From Dictyostelium discoideum (Eukaryota): a DNA stretch of 64,000 nucleotides. The stretch spans positions 4,704,001-4,768,000 of the forward strand of contig CM000151.3 in the NCBI GenBank assembly GCA_000004695.1, in the 5' to 3' direction. Every line of letters starts with the position of its first letter. Position 1 is the first letter of the stretch. The translations under genes and the position numbers were made by a program. The notes beneath the pieces were generated by a model. That model ran no database searches. It was not told the origin of the DNA and saw nothing but the letters and a program-made list of their open reading frames with translations. Below are positions 1 to 13,104 of the stretch, piece by piece.

Positions 1-3000
1 TTGAAGAGAATACTTTTTGTTCATGTGGTGATGTAGCGGTTGTGATAATCTCTTCACCATGAATATTGGTTGAACGAACTGTAACGGCTGTTAAATGAGA
101 TGCTTCTGTTTTTTGTTTTTCAATCTCTGCGATTTGATCTTCACGTTGTTGTGATGGTGCAGAAATTTCCATACCCAAAATGATATCTCTAATCTCTGAT
201 TGAGTGAGCGAAGCAACGTTTACATTATTTCTTTTACCAAAATCTGCTAAAATCAAATCTTTCAATGAACCTTCAACGGTTAACCATTCTTGTTCTGTTA
301 GAGTTGGCCAAATATGATGAGGTTGAGTGATAACATTTTTATTTGGTTTCAATATGATTTTAGTACGTTCTAAATTGACATGAAGTGCACGTAAGATTAG
401 AATCAAACGAAGGAAAGCAGTGTAAGAATGAATTGTTGATAACCAATCATCATAGATATTGAAGAGTACCATCTTTGGTTCGGTTGCTTTCAAAATGAGA
501 TCACCAAACTTCTCTACTTTCAAACAAGCTTGGAATGGTAATTGAAGTTCACTACCTTGAATGACGATATTTGGGAAATCTAAAAGATGTACCTCCAATG
601 GATCCATCATACCTTTACGAGTGGCAATGATTTGTTTTGGTTGTTCTTCCACTGGTAAGGAACGAATTAATGCAGCAACCTCCTCGGCAGTCTTCCATTT
701 TGCTAATTGACCTAAACGTTTTTGACCTAACCAAACATCGGTATGAATGATCTTGAGGAATAATTGACCAGTACGTGGATTGAAAATGAAAATTGCACCA
801 TTGATTGGTTTAGTTGTTAAATTACCTTCAAAAGTTTTATGAATGGTTACACGATAAACATTGGAATCATCAACGAACCACATAATTTTATTACTAAATA
901 ATTCACCAAAGTTTTGACTTGATAAGTAAGGTTCAGTTGGTTCGGATGAATATAATTGTAAACCTTTACGAATACGTTCACGTAGTACATAGAGTGCAGG
1001 ATTGGATTTCAAAATTTTTGCCATTGCTTTTTGAACCAAAGGTTTAACACCAAGGAACCAATTACCAAAGGAACTGTAGATATTGTAAGCCAAATCTAAA
1101 CCAATCAAACAACCAGTTGGTGATGGATACAATGACATACTATCGGTTGTATAATCCAAGAATTTGGCACGACTGTATCTCTCGATATCATGAGAATCGA
1201 AATCACCCCATTTCAATTGAACATCCAACCAATATTGAGTGGTGGTATTATCATAGGTATCACGATTATCATTTAACAATGATGGACGACTAACTTGCCA
1301 TTTATGAGTTGCACGTAAAAGAATATCAGCACATGATGAATTCATTTTATAAGATTTACGTGGATGAATTGCTTCTTTATTTACTACTGATATCTCTAGA
1401 TTATCCAATTCTTGATCGAAAACTTGACATAAATCCATTACTAATGATTCATGAATCTTTTGCCAAAGATGTGCACGGAAAATTTGAATCAATGAAATCT
1501 TTAGTGTTGGAATTTTACCATGCATGAAAATACCTGTTAAATCCAATTGAACTTGGAAACCAACATAAACATTCTTACGATTGATAGTTGGAGACCACCA
1601 AAGTGTGAAACGACGATTTGGAATTTGATTAAGACCTGAACGTTGAGCGTGTGTAAGTTTTTTATATTTCATAGACTCTTCGAAACCTGATGCTTTCTCC
1701 CAAAATAAACCTTCCCAAGTTGGGAAATAAGTACCTTTGAATAGAGTATGCTCTAGAATACCTTCAACACCACCCAATGCTTGAATGATATCTGTACGAT
1801 AATTATTAAGATTCCAAAGTTTACCATCATGACGTTGATTAGTCCACCAGAATGGATTATTCTTTAGGACTTGATATTGTTTCCAATCGGTTCTTACTCT
1901 CCAACCTTTATCATAAGCTAAAGTATGACGACTCTTTTGGAATAATGTATTGATACGTGGTATACCACGATCCCAACTATCTTCAAGATCCTCCAATGTA
2001 AGATTCTTATTTTGTGATTTAGCCTCTTCATATTTGATTGCATATTCTGCCCAAACACGTTGACTATCTTTAATTTCTTGTTCCCATGGTTGAATGTAAC
2101 GATAAAGATTTGGAATTAATTGATCTTCATCATGACTCATACCACTTGTGAAATGAGTTATACCAGTATCGGTTTGTTTTGAATATTTCAAATCCGATTG
2201 TGGAATCAATACATGACCCATACTTAACATACCTAAACCACCCAACTCCTTTGGTGTATAGAATACCACTGGTGGGAAACGATTTGGCATCTTACTATTC
2301 AATCCAATCTTTACACGAGTTTGAATTTTATTTTCACAACGCACTAAAATATCCAACATTTCACGAGTTGTAACCACCGCCTCACGATAATAAGTCATTA
2401 AACCAATCAATGCTGTATTCCATTTATTTACAATCTTTGTGAATGTTGTTGAACCACTTGCCATGAGGATCATACGAATACGATTTTCAAAACGTTCTTG
2501 TGATTCTGTATCGACCCTAAGGAATGCTTGAGCCGTACGTTCTTTGGTATTAACATTTTGAAGACTCCAAACTGCATCCTTTGGTGCCAATTGATCCAAG
2601 GGTGTACGACATTTTGGAAGTATACGAATATCGAAACCTGCCATATTCATCAATAGATTTGGATTATCTTTACTATAGACCGATACGAATGAATCCTCCC
2701 AATCAATGGTTGTCAATGAACGTGGTAATCTATTTTTAATTTGCCAAAATACTGCTCTACCCAAGTTAACATCATGTTTCATTAAACGCATACGACAATC
2801 ACGTGGCCAACATTTCTTATTGTTATAACCAACCACATTTTCATTGTTTGGATCTGGATGTTCTGACATATACTTTTGAATTAATTTTCTTGCTTCATCC
2901 GCTGTAAATTTATAGAGTACATGAATACGATCAACATAACGACTATACAAACGAATTGGATGGGCGGTTTCAGTTTGAACTGATGGGAATGTAAGGAATG

Positions 3001-6000
3001 AATTTGGTAAGTTTGGTGGTCCTGCAAGTGCTGATGCACGTTCTAAACCCAATACTAAAAGATCCAATACCAAACCATAATATTGGAAAATAAATGATGC
3101 AAATTGTAAACCTCTAATTAAACCATAAGAGTTGGTATGATTCATATCCTTATAGTTGATTACTACATTATTCTTACCAGACATATAATCGGCAATATTT
3201 TGATCAACAATTAAACGTAACAAACGATTCATCAAAGTTAAATCCATCTTTTCATAAACTTTACTAAATTGAGTCTCTAATAAAACAACACATTCACCTT
3301 GACTAGTCTCCCAAACTTGATCTAAATTATTAATACCTTGACACCATTTATGAATGAGTACAGGTGGTGGTTCATTATCGGATGGTTTAACCCAATTTGG
3401 AAAGAGTTGACGTTTATCTGCTTCATACCATAGATATTGATCCAAATAGGCATCGGTGATCTTTTCAAATGGATCTACATCATAGATTGGTACTAGATGA
3501 GTGTACATATCCATAAATTCAATACCAACCTCTTTAAAGGTACGTTGAGTGAGTAAATGTCTTTTGATACGAGCTAATGCATCATGAGGATTATCATAAG
3601 CTTGTTCAACCAATGATAACTCCTCACGTTGTGATTGATTTAAACGTGATTTAACACTGTATGCCTCTTTAAGACGTTCCAATGCCAATGTGAGAATTTT
3701 AATATCGTGTTTGTATGAAGTTTGAGGGAATGGAATCGCAGAGAATCTACGTTTCTCCAACCAATGAACAGTGGTGGTATAAATGGCAACAGCTTCCTCT
3801 GCCGATACGTATGGACCATCCTTTAGATAATTATGTTGACGTTCTTGTTCTGCCTTTAACCAAAGTCTAGTTAAACGACCCAAATTCTTTTTACTTGCAG
3901 TTTTATCGATGGTAGCACCACGTTTAATACGTTCACGATTGTAATGAGCTATATTTGTCCACCAATCTGCTTTTGATTTAACATAACGTAGAATCATATT
4001 CTCTATTGGTATTGGTAAACCTGGTACTTTCCATGGGATATTTGATTTCCAACATCTCCAAGCCTCTGAAAGATGTTGTAAGATAATACGTGATTTATTT
4101 GCTTTGATTCCTTCTGGCATCATATCGAGGATATCATGCATTACTGCTGCACGTAATTCATAATCGAAATGAGATTCAACACGTTGTTTAGTGACTGTTT
4201 TGGCCATACCTTTGGTTTGTCTACCTTCGAATTGTCTTGCCAATAGATTTCCAAGCCAACGTTCCAACAAAGGTACTATACCACGTAAAAAGAATAACCA
4301 AACTCTCCACATTGGTGCCCAAAAACCACAACCTGGACCTTTACCAACAGCGCCAGTATTGAAACGATAGTAGATTAAATGTTTCAAATCTTTACACATA
4401 CGAATTTGTCTCATTAAACGATACTTGTATTTATACATACCAGTCAATAGACCCAAATGACTAAATAAATATTGAATAGCATCTGCCAATTGAAAAGCAT
4501 CTGCATCACCTAATCTAAATTTCACATGAACATCAACCACCAATTTAGTTAAACGTAATATCTCTCTACACAAATGGAATGCATTACCAAATCTTGATTT
4601 CTTTCTCTCCTTTGTTGTTAGAGTTTTAATTGGTTTCAAATAGAAATTGTAATCCAAATGTAAATAATTCAAATTCTTTCTATGAATTAATAGATTTAAC
4701 ATATTGTAACCTTGACGACAAACTTGTAAACCTGCCTCTACCCAATCAATCTCTGTAGATTGAAAGAATTTAGTTGCTTTCAATGATTTAAATAAATTTC
4801 TTTTAGTTTGTGCTTTTGGTTTACGATGATGTAATTTATTCAATACATGACATTTCAATAACTTTTGATAACTAACTCTAACTTTAACTGGATGTTCACT
4901 TGGACAATGTTCTTTATACCATGATTTAACTAATGGAATATCCTCTGCTCTTCTAGTTGTACCTGATCTTAATGAAAATGGTCTTGGTGCCCAATATAAT
5001 TGTATACCATTTGCTAAATTATCATGTTCAATCTCTGTTTTTGATAATATTGTTTCAATTTCTTCTGGTAATTGAAATTCATCATCTTCTGTACCATCTT
5101 TATTAAAAAAAAAATAAAAAAATAAAAAAATAAAAAAAAAAAATAATAATTTAAATTAGTATATGTATATATATTAATAATTTATCTTTAATTAAACTTA
5201 CATTCAGATTGTTCATTTTTATTACCACTTGTTTTATATGATGGAATTGGATTTAATGCAGCACCAAAATAAAAACCAGGTAAATCTGGTGAATCATTTT
5301 TAATATAACAATTATTTGGAGTATGATAAGTTGGTGTTTTAACTTTACGTGGTCTACTATTGTATAGATATGGGAATGCAATTTTATATTCTGTTCTAAT
5401 CTTATTTCTAATAATCACTTTATTGATATCATTGAATTCATTCCAATCTTCATCATCATCATCAACATCCCTAAATAATGGTTCAAACTTTGGTCCACCT
5501 GGTATTGCCATATTCAATGCTTTTGATGTGAAAAAACTATTATCATCAAATAAATAAAAATAATTACTATCTGTTAAATCACTTAATAATGGTGATGCCA
5601 ATCTAAATAATGTTGACATAATTGGTAAATTTAATCTCCATTTTCTAAAATTTATAAATTTAAAAAAAAAAAATAAAAAAATAAAAAAAAATTAGTAAAA
5701 ATTATTTAAAAATAAAGTGTGTGTATGTATGTATTTTTATATATTAAAAATTTACCTATAACTTGAACCATTTACAAATTTTGTATTAACTAATGGTTTT
5801 GAATCATATAACCAATCTATTACTTCAGAATCATCATTTTCATCTAATTCCATTTGAATTGGATCTTCAACTTCATTATCTAAAATGTTATCAGAGTAAT
5901 CTAATGGTGGTTCTTCATCATCGAATAATGGGAATTTCATACGACGAAAATGGGTACGATCCCTTTTCTCTCTTCTCATTGTAACCCACATAGTTGCCCA

Positions 6001-6497
6001 TTGTGCAATATAGATTGGTTCAATTACGAATGGTATTTCATTTACAAATGTGATTGCACCTGATAAATGATATAATACTTTAACATATTTAACTTGTTCC
6101 CATGGCATTGGTATATTCTCTAAAAGTTTTAAAATTGCATGTGGCATATATTTCAATGCTCCTAAATAAACACGTTTATCATCTCTAAACCTTCTATTTG
6201 ACATATCACCATGATCTTTTATAATCTTTCTTAAATGCTCTGGAGGCATATCCTCTTTTCTAATCTCTACAGCTCCAAATTTTCTTTTTTCACTATATTT
6301 TTTATTATTTAATTGAATCCATTTTTTTGCTATAATTTTTTTAATAAAAAAAACAAAAAAAATAAAAAAAAATTAGTAATTTTCCAATTAAAGAATTAAT
6401 AAAAAAAAAAAAATATAATAAAAATAAAAAATTTACCTTTTTCTTCTAAATGTTGTGATTCATTTGATTGATTAATATTACTATTAGTATCATCCAT
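1..6497 (-). CDS. prpf8: Pre-mRNA-processing-splicing factor 8 (Prp8), 5' part of the gene; the C-terminal part continues beyond position 1. Hand-built model: exons 6497..6437, 6329..5756, 5644..5202, 5097..1, with introns GTAAAT..TATAG, GTAAA..TTTAG and GTAAGT..AAAG.
   Basis: The reverse-strand translation is continuous from 5097 to 1 (~1700 aa). It contains hallmark Prp8 motifs: [145 protein letters not shown], the MPN/JAB region and more. It is collinear with human PRPF8 as I recall it. Splice phases check out (1, 2, 1). The N-terminal [20 protein letters not shown] exon splices to ...[32 protein letters not shown]. Confidence 0.95.
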
Positions 6498-6806
6498 TTA
6501 TTTTATATTAATAAATAAATAGAGTTTATTTAAATATTAAAAAAAAATAATTTGGTGATCCTCTGAAAAAGTGAATGAAAATGAAAAAAAAAAAAAAAAT
6601 TTAAAAAAAAAAAAATGTGAAAAAAAAAAGCATTCTTTTTCAATTGTCGAAATTTTTTAAAGCGCACAAATTTGGAGGCCCTATATATATTTTATTAAGT
6701 TTTTTTTTTTTTTTTTTTTTTTCCCTTAATCGTACAGTAATTGAATAATTTTATTCAAATGTTTTTTTTTTTTTTTTTTTTTTTTTCCTTTATTAGTGCG
6801 CGATAT

Positions 6807-7154
6807 TTAGATTGAAACTACAATTTTTATTGGACTTTTGATAGTTTTAACATATTCGATTTTATATCTTAATGATTCTGATTCCAAAGTAAGAACTTTA
6901 ACTTTATCATTTAAAATTTCAACCATTGTTTTACTACTGATACTATCAATTACATTATTTATAACTTTTAATTCATATTCATTTTGAGCCAATAAATTTT
7001 TCAAACCAACACTTTTCATAAACACAATTTGAGAGAATGAGAATGCAAATCCTGGTCTTATTTTAGTTGTTTTCAAATAACCTAAACAATTTACATATCT
7101 ATAATCATTTACATCTACATTTTGTTCAATTAAATCATTTAAATACTAATAATA

Positions 7155-7201
<47 letters not shown>

Positions 7202-7396
7202 AAAATTAAAATTAAAATTATGTATTATTATTATTATTAATAAAAATAAAAAAAAAAATTTTAATAAAATAAATACACAAAAATGATTGTAATAAATATC
7301 TCTTAAAAGGGTGATTTCAATTGAAACTTTTGAAGGAAAACTCTTTAAAACTTTTGGTGATAATGAAGAAGTATTATTATTTGAATTTGCTTTCAT
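6807..7396 (-). CDS. Small two-exon hypothetical protein (~150 aa), possibly roadblock/LC7-fold (LAMTOR3/MP1-like). Tentative exons 7396..7277 and 7145..6807.
   Basis: Exon 2 (LNDLIEQNVDVNDYRYVNCLGYLKTTKIRPGFAFSFSQIVFMKSVGLKNLLAQNEYELKVINNVIDSISSKTMVEILNDKVKVLTLESESLRY...) has coding-like composition inside a poly-A/T desert. The track's M at 7076 is a TTG. An upstream ATG exon (MKANSNNNTSSLSPKVLKSFPSKVSIEITLLRDIYYNHFC) can be joined in phase 0 via a weak GTATTT donor and a TTATTAG acceptor. The RPGF...S(F/L)...GLK pattern recalls LAMTOR3/MP1 (LRPGFLSTFALATDQGSKLGL), but this is a weak match from memory. Confidence 0.3.
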
Positions 7397-8813
7397 TTTT
7401 TTTTTTTTTTTTATAAACACTATTTTTATTGTTGTTGTTGTTGCTGTTGAAATGAATAAAAAAATAAAAAAAAAATCATTTTATAGATCTCCCTTTATGG
7501 AAATGGAAATTTTTGTTTTTTGTTTTGCCACTGACACTGACACCATATGGTTTTTTTATTTGGATTTTTTTTTTAATTTTTATTTTTATTTTTATTTCAA
7601 AAAAAAAAAAAATTTCAAAAAAATAAAAAAATGATTTGTCCCATAAAAAAGTGATCAAAACTTTATTTATATATCAAAATTTGTTTTAAATTTATTCTTT
7701 ACTGAAAGTCCTGCGTATCCCATTTGAGTACCATGTTGTTGTTTGTCATCATCAATATGCCCTCGACGCAGAGAGATTAAATGAACCTTTTTGCTATACT
7801 TATTTTCTCGAAATTCGTTGTTGATTTATAAGTGCGTCCTGGTTCTTACAACAATTAAATATTAAAATAATTTAAATGAAAAAAAAAAAAAAACATAAAT
7901 AATAAGTATTTATAGAGTTGGTGAAAAGTAATTTATGCGGAGCTGGTCCTTTTTTATTTTCTGTGCGACTTTCCTTATAAAAAAATCACCAAAAGCCTCA
8001 GTGACCTTGGTTGAGGGAGCAGTGTTTAAATAAAAAATAAAAGTAAAAAAAAAAAAAAAAGAGTTGACATGTGCCTCATAAAATTACTTTTCACCTAATG
8101 CTGAAATTTTTTTATCCAACCAACCATAATCTTGGTCAGACTTCGAATAAACAATCTTGGTTAGAAATATCAAAAAAAAATAAATAAATAAAAAAATAAA
8201 ATCGTAAAAGAAATTATATTTTTAAAATTATTTGTTTTTAATTTTTATTTATTAATTATTTATTAATTTTTAATTTTTTTTTTTTTTTTTTTTGATACTA
8301 TTTTTTTTTAAAAAAAAAAAAAAAAGATATTATTTCTTAACAGTTTTAAAAAATTAGGAATTTGTGTGAGCGGTTTGGGAAAAAAGCATAACACATCTCG
8401 GTGCTTTTAAGAAATTTAATATCTTTATTGGAAATTTTTTATTTTTATTTTTTTTTTTCACTAATCGATTGCAGATTTTTTGGGTTAAAATTTTACCGAT
8501 GGAATTTTATTTTTTTTTATTTTTTTTTTATTTTTTTTTTTATTTTTTTTTTTAATAATTCGACGCTTTTGATTTTTTAGTTTTCATCATACCCTCAACT
8601 GTGATCAACCTATGAATTTGGTCAGCGCTGATTTCTTAAAAAATAAAAAAAAAATAATAATAATCATAAAATCCAAAAAAAAAAAAAAAAAAAATCTAAC
8701 CAAATTTTTTTTTTTTTTTTTTTGGGAAATATAAATAGAACAATTTTTTTTTTTTTTTATTATTTTATTCATCACAATTAAATATAAATTTAAATATATA
8801 AATATAAATAAAA

Positions 8814-9944
8814 ATGTCAATTTCATGGGAAGGTAATAAAATATAATAATTTTTTTTTTTTTTTTTTTTTTCTCTTGAAATCAAATTTTTTTTTTTTTGT
8901 TTTCTTTTTGACTCTAGTTCTAATCCCTATAGCATATAATGCAGCACAAGGTAGACCAGCCGATTGGAGACCAAACCAACCAACTCAACCAACCCAACCA
9001 ACCTACCAACCACAAGTCCAACAACCAACTTACCAACCACAAGTTCAACAACAAGTTACTTATAATCAATTTGGTCAACCAGTTTATGGACAACAACCAA
9101 ATTATAATCAACAAGCATGGGGCTCATCTACCGGTGCTACACCATCAATTACTCAACATTCATACCCAAGTACAACACCAACACAAGCTGAACTTGACTC
9201 TCAATCAGCTGCAAGTGGTGCCGCAATAGTTAGTGGTCAATTAAATTTTGATAATTCATATGGTGAAGTAAAAACTGATATGAGATTCATAGTTACTTCA
9301 CATTCTAATCCATATGATTGCGCCATTACTTTTATGGTACCATATGATGAAGAGCCAAAGGAATTATCATATTTAGTTTATAGTAAGTATTTTTATTATT
9401 TTTTATTGATCTTAAATTTTCCTACTAAAATAATTTTTTTTTTTTTTTTTTTTTTTTTTAATAGATAATGATAGATCTAGGGTTTATACTTCAAGTGTAC
9501 AAGTTGGAACCATTCGTAGTAGAAACATATTCCATGGTAAAGATTCTCAAGATGCAAAGGTTAAATGGGAAATGATTACAATTCCACAATCAATTAACCA
9601 ACAATTTTCACCATACACCTTGGACACAAAAATTGAAATCAATTTAAAAAGAATTCCAACTGGTTCAATGATTTTAGGTAATATTGTTTCATACCCTGGT
9701 CCAACTGCTGTTATTGGTAGAATGTTAAATATTTCATTTAATCAACTTAAAGGAAAAAATCGTAAGTAAATAAATAAATAAAAAAAAAAAAAATAAAAAA
9801 AAAAAAAATTCTATTCTAATTTTTAATATTTTTATAGTTATTATCCAATGGAGTTCTCAAAATAAATATTTTTTCAATGGTGGTAATTATACAAGTACTT
9901 CATCATTATTACCACAAGGTGGTTTTGAAAACGCAGGATTTTAA
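8814..9944 (+). CDS. Hypothetical Q/P-rich protein with a C-terminal globular region; four-exon model 8814..8832, 8918..9382, 9465..9761, 9838..9944. The N-terminus is uncertain.
   Basis: Three GTAAGT-type donors (8833, 9383, 9762) and acceptors TCTAG/AATAG/TTATAG join the ORF-track pieces (8875.., 9572..) in consistent phase (1/1/1). Codon usage is Dictyostelium-like (caa, cca, ggt, aat). The body reads RPADWRPNQPTQPTQPTYQPQVQQPTYQPQVQQ...GQLNFDNSYGEVKTDMRFIVTSHSNPYDCAITFMVPYDEEPKELSYLVYNNDRSRVYTSSVQVGTIRSRNIFHGKDSQDAKVKWEMITIPQ...LIIQWSSQNKYFFNGGNYTSTSSLLPQGGFENAGF. The track's MKSNFFFF start is a TTG inside a poly-T tract; the nearest usable ATG is at 8814 (MSISWE). Confidence 0.55.
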
Positions 9945-10056
9945 ATTGTTTTTAAAAATAAAAAAATAAATATATAATTATATATTCACATACAATTTTT
10001 TTAAAATATATTGATTTTTTTATTTTTTATTTTTTTTTTTTTAAAATTCTTAATTT

Positions 10057-12839
10057 TTAAACTAATTGATCAGCATATATTGATTTACTATCAAAATCAT
10101 CAATACTATTGATTGGTGAAATTGATGGTTGTAATCTTGATTGTGGTGGAGGTAATGGAGGTGATGACATTGAATCAATTGATGAATGTAATATATTATC
10201 ATTTGATTGATTTATTGAATTACCATTCTTTGATTTCTTTGTAGGTTTATTCTTTTTAAAATTTTTCTTTATTCTATTTTTTAATAAAATTCTTGAAGTT
10301 TTACTATACAATTTAAATTTAATATTTAATACTAATCCAACAACTAAAATTACACCTATTACAATTATTGCTATTACCCAACCATTCTTTTCAATAAAAC
10401 CTTTTTGAACATTTTTCGAAATTTTAGAATTATTATTTTCACCACCAATACTATTATTATTATAATTATTATTATTATTATTTGAAAATAATAAATCATG
10501 ATTATATATTGTTAATTCCTTTCCACCACTTTTACCATTAATTATTACATTTACAAATAATAATTTATCAATTATTAAATTTGTTTGTTGTTCAACTAAA
10601 CAAGTTATACATGATGAATTTATAAATGAAATATTTGAACAATTATAATATCCAATTGAAATATAATCAATTTGTTTATAAAATTCATTTCCTGTAATTA
10701 TTACTAAACCAGTTGATTTTGAAATTGTAGTATTTAAAACTAATGGTGGGTAAAATTTAATTGAGATATTTTCATGTTTATTATTAAATACAACTTCCAA
10801 ATATTGATCATTTGGGCCATTAATATTCATTTGGCAAGAAATTGTTGAGAAATTTATAAATGTACAATTATAATCTAAATTATTGGTAACACAATGAAGG
10901 TGAGAATTTTCAATTGTTTCTTTTACAAAGTTTTTACCAATAATTAAAATTGAGCCACCTGTTGAATTAAAAATTGGATTTGTTTGAAAATAGTCAACAC
11001 TTGGTGAGATATCAACTTTTAATGGTACTGTGAATTCATTACAAACTTCAAGTTTAAATTCACTAGATCCATACTCTGGTTTCAATGGGAATGAAATTAA
11101 TGAATTTGTAAATTTGATTGATATATTTGCAACATTATCAACAATTATTGAATTTGAAAAAATAATCTTAATTTTACCACTTTTATATAAATCAATAAAA
11201 TCTTGATATTGACCAACACATTCAATCATTTGATTATTTCCAATTGAACAATTATTAACAATTGGTAAATTGTAATTAAATTCTGAATGAATTGTATCAT
11301 TACCAATTGATATCAAAAATCCATTTCTACCACACCCTTTTGGAATTGTAAATGAATATGTATGTTTTGAGAAATCAGTAGAGTTTTTTAAATCAATACC
11401 AGTGATTTTACTATTATCAGATTGTAGTGTAATTATTGGTGTTGAATTATAATTTAATGGATTTATATTATAAAGTGTGAAATTTACAATTTGACCATTT
11501 ACAGATGGAGATGCTGGATTTTGTATCGAATAAAATGGAGAGGTTATTTCAGCAATGTTTGATTTTAAACCATTTACAACTACATTTATTTTTGATTTTG
11601 TTATTTGATTTGGTTTAAATAAAATTGAAGTTTGATTTTCATTAACAAGAATTTTTAAATTAGTTTGTTGAACATCATCAATAAATATTTGAGTAGTTTC
11701 ATTTGTACCAAAGAAATTACCAGATAGTTTCACTTCACCTTGTATAATTATTATGTTTGTTATAATAGGTTGATCAAATGAGAATAGTAATTTATTTTCA
11801 TTTGAAATTGAATTAATGGTTAATTTGATAGGTAAATTAACTGAATCACCATTATTAATAATAGGATCAATTCTACAAATTAATTGTTGATTTATAAATG
11901 TTACATTTTTACAATCATATGTACCAATTTTAACAAGTATAGTCGAATTGGCTAGCAATGATGGTGGTGGAGATAGTCTTGAACCTGTTATTGTTATTAG
12001 ACCACCATACTTTTTTGAAACACTATTGGCACTGTTTAAAATTGGTTTATAATCAAATGAAACATGATTGGATCCTAAGCCACCAGATATTATATGCAAT
12101 GATACTGATTTACTATATGGTTGGATGTATGCTATTTCAAAAATTTCATGATCAATTAGAGTTATATTAGATTTATCAATTTTGATACCCTCTATGAAAA
12201 TTGTTACATAATCTATAATGTTACAAAAGTTTGATCCATTTGCAATTATTTTAGTATCACTTGATGAAACACTTGAAATGTTTGGTTTTTGATGATTAAA
12301 TGTATAGTTGAAATTATTTGGCCAAGTGAATGTTCTAGGACCACAACCTCCTTTATAATCAAGAGTTAAGTTTGTAATATCAATTGTTGAAGATTCAAGA
12401 TCACCAATAATTGGCACCTTTGTTGAAGGAAGGATAGTAAATTTTGTAATACCAAAAACTAAATAATATCCTTGAATATTAACATAACCACCTTTAGTAG
12501 GTGGTTTAAATTCACCATCTATTATTGGTTGTGGATAATAATCTTTCCACAAAAATGAATTACATTCAGATGCTCCGTTTGTACTTGTAATACAATTTAA
12601 AATTTGACCTTTAAATTTCTTAACTATTGTTTCATTAACAGAACCAACACAAGTTCTAATAACTGTATTATTTGTACAAGAAAATGGTAAATCTACATCT
12701 GTAAATTCCCATTTTGAAAAATAATTACTATTTTTATCAAATATATAAGTTATTGAATCTTTTGTAAAATTTGATCCTTTTTATAAAAATAAAAAACTAA
12801 CATTATTAATTTTTTTGTTTATTTTTATTATTATTTTCC

Positions 12840-12891
<52 letters not shown>

Positions 12892-12986
12892 AATTATTTA
12901 CCTTTAATAATTATTGGATCTAACTGGCAATTTATCCCAATTATAAAAATTGAAATTAATATATTAAAAAATATTAGATTCTTCAT
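10057..12986 (-). CDS. Type I transmembrane protein with repeated IPT/TIG domains (tgr-like cell-surface protein); exons 12986..12902 and 12776..10057.
   Basis: Exon 1 encodes a signal peptide (MKNLIFFNILISIFIIGINCQLDPIIIKG) and ends at an AAAG|GTAAAT donor. Exon 2 (acceptor AAAAG) is a ~906 aa ORF with several IPT/TIG-like units (P.i..i.P..G...GGt.itI.G.nF... patterns such as PIITNIIIIQGEVKLSGNFFG, PSLLANSTILVKIGTYDCKNVTF, PLVLNTTISKSTGLVIITGNEFYKQ), many N-glycosylation sites, one TM helix (WVIAIIVIGVILVVGLVLNI) and a short basic/S-P-rich tail. The architecture matches Dictyostelium Tgr-family proteins from established knowledge. Confidence 0.7.
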
Positions 12987-13073
12987 TTTATTATAATAAA
13001 TAATAAATTAATATAAATCAATAAAATAAATAATGATGGTATTTTTTTATTTTTATTTTTGTTTTTATTATTT

Positions 13074-13104
<31 letters not shown>

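Noticed and set aside
8051-8120. Class-I ncRNA (gttgacatg... start resembles the GTTGA 5' end of Dictyostelium class-I RNAs)
   Set aside because: The conserved 11-nt CCTTACAGCAA motif is absent and no upstream DUSE-like element is visible, so the evidence is insufficient.
7690-8650. tRNA genes or TRE/DIRS retrotransposon remnants in the GC-richer islands
   Set aside because: No tRNA-like cloverleaf or GGTTCGA(A/T)TCC T-loop anywhere in the window. I could not match the islands to any transposon terminus I know from memory. They are left as unexplained rather than called mobile elements.
8939-9229. Alternative-frame 96-aa ORF (MQHKVDQPIGDQTNQ...) overlapping the Q/P-rich gene
   Set aside because: Frame-shifted reading of the same CAA/CCA-rich DNA; it has no splice-compatible continuation and worse codon usage.
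8875-9468. ORF-track start MKSNFFFFVFF... taken as a signal peptide
   Set aside because: The M is a TTG codon inside an intronic poly-T run; there is no in-frame ATG upstream before a TAA. The track evidently allows TTG/GTG/CTG starts (also seen at 7076, 24935, 30381, 34270, 55550, 60364), so several listed M residues are not real initiators.
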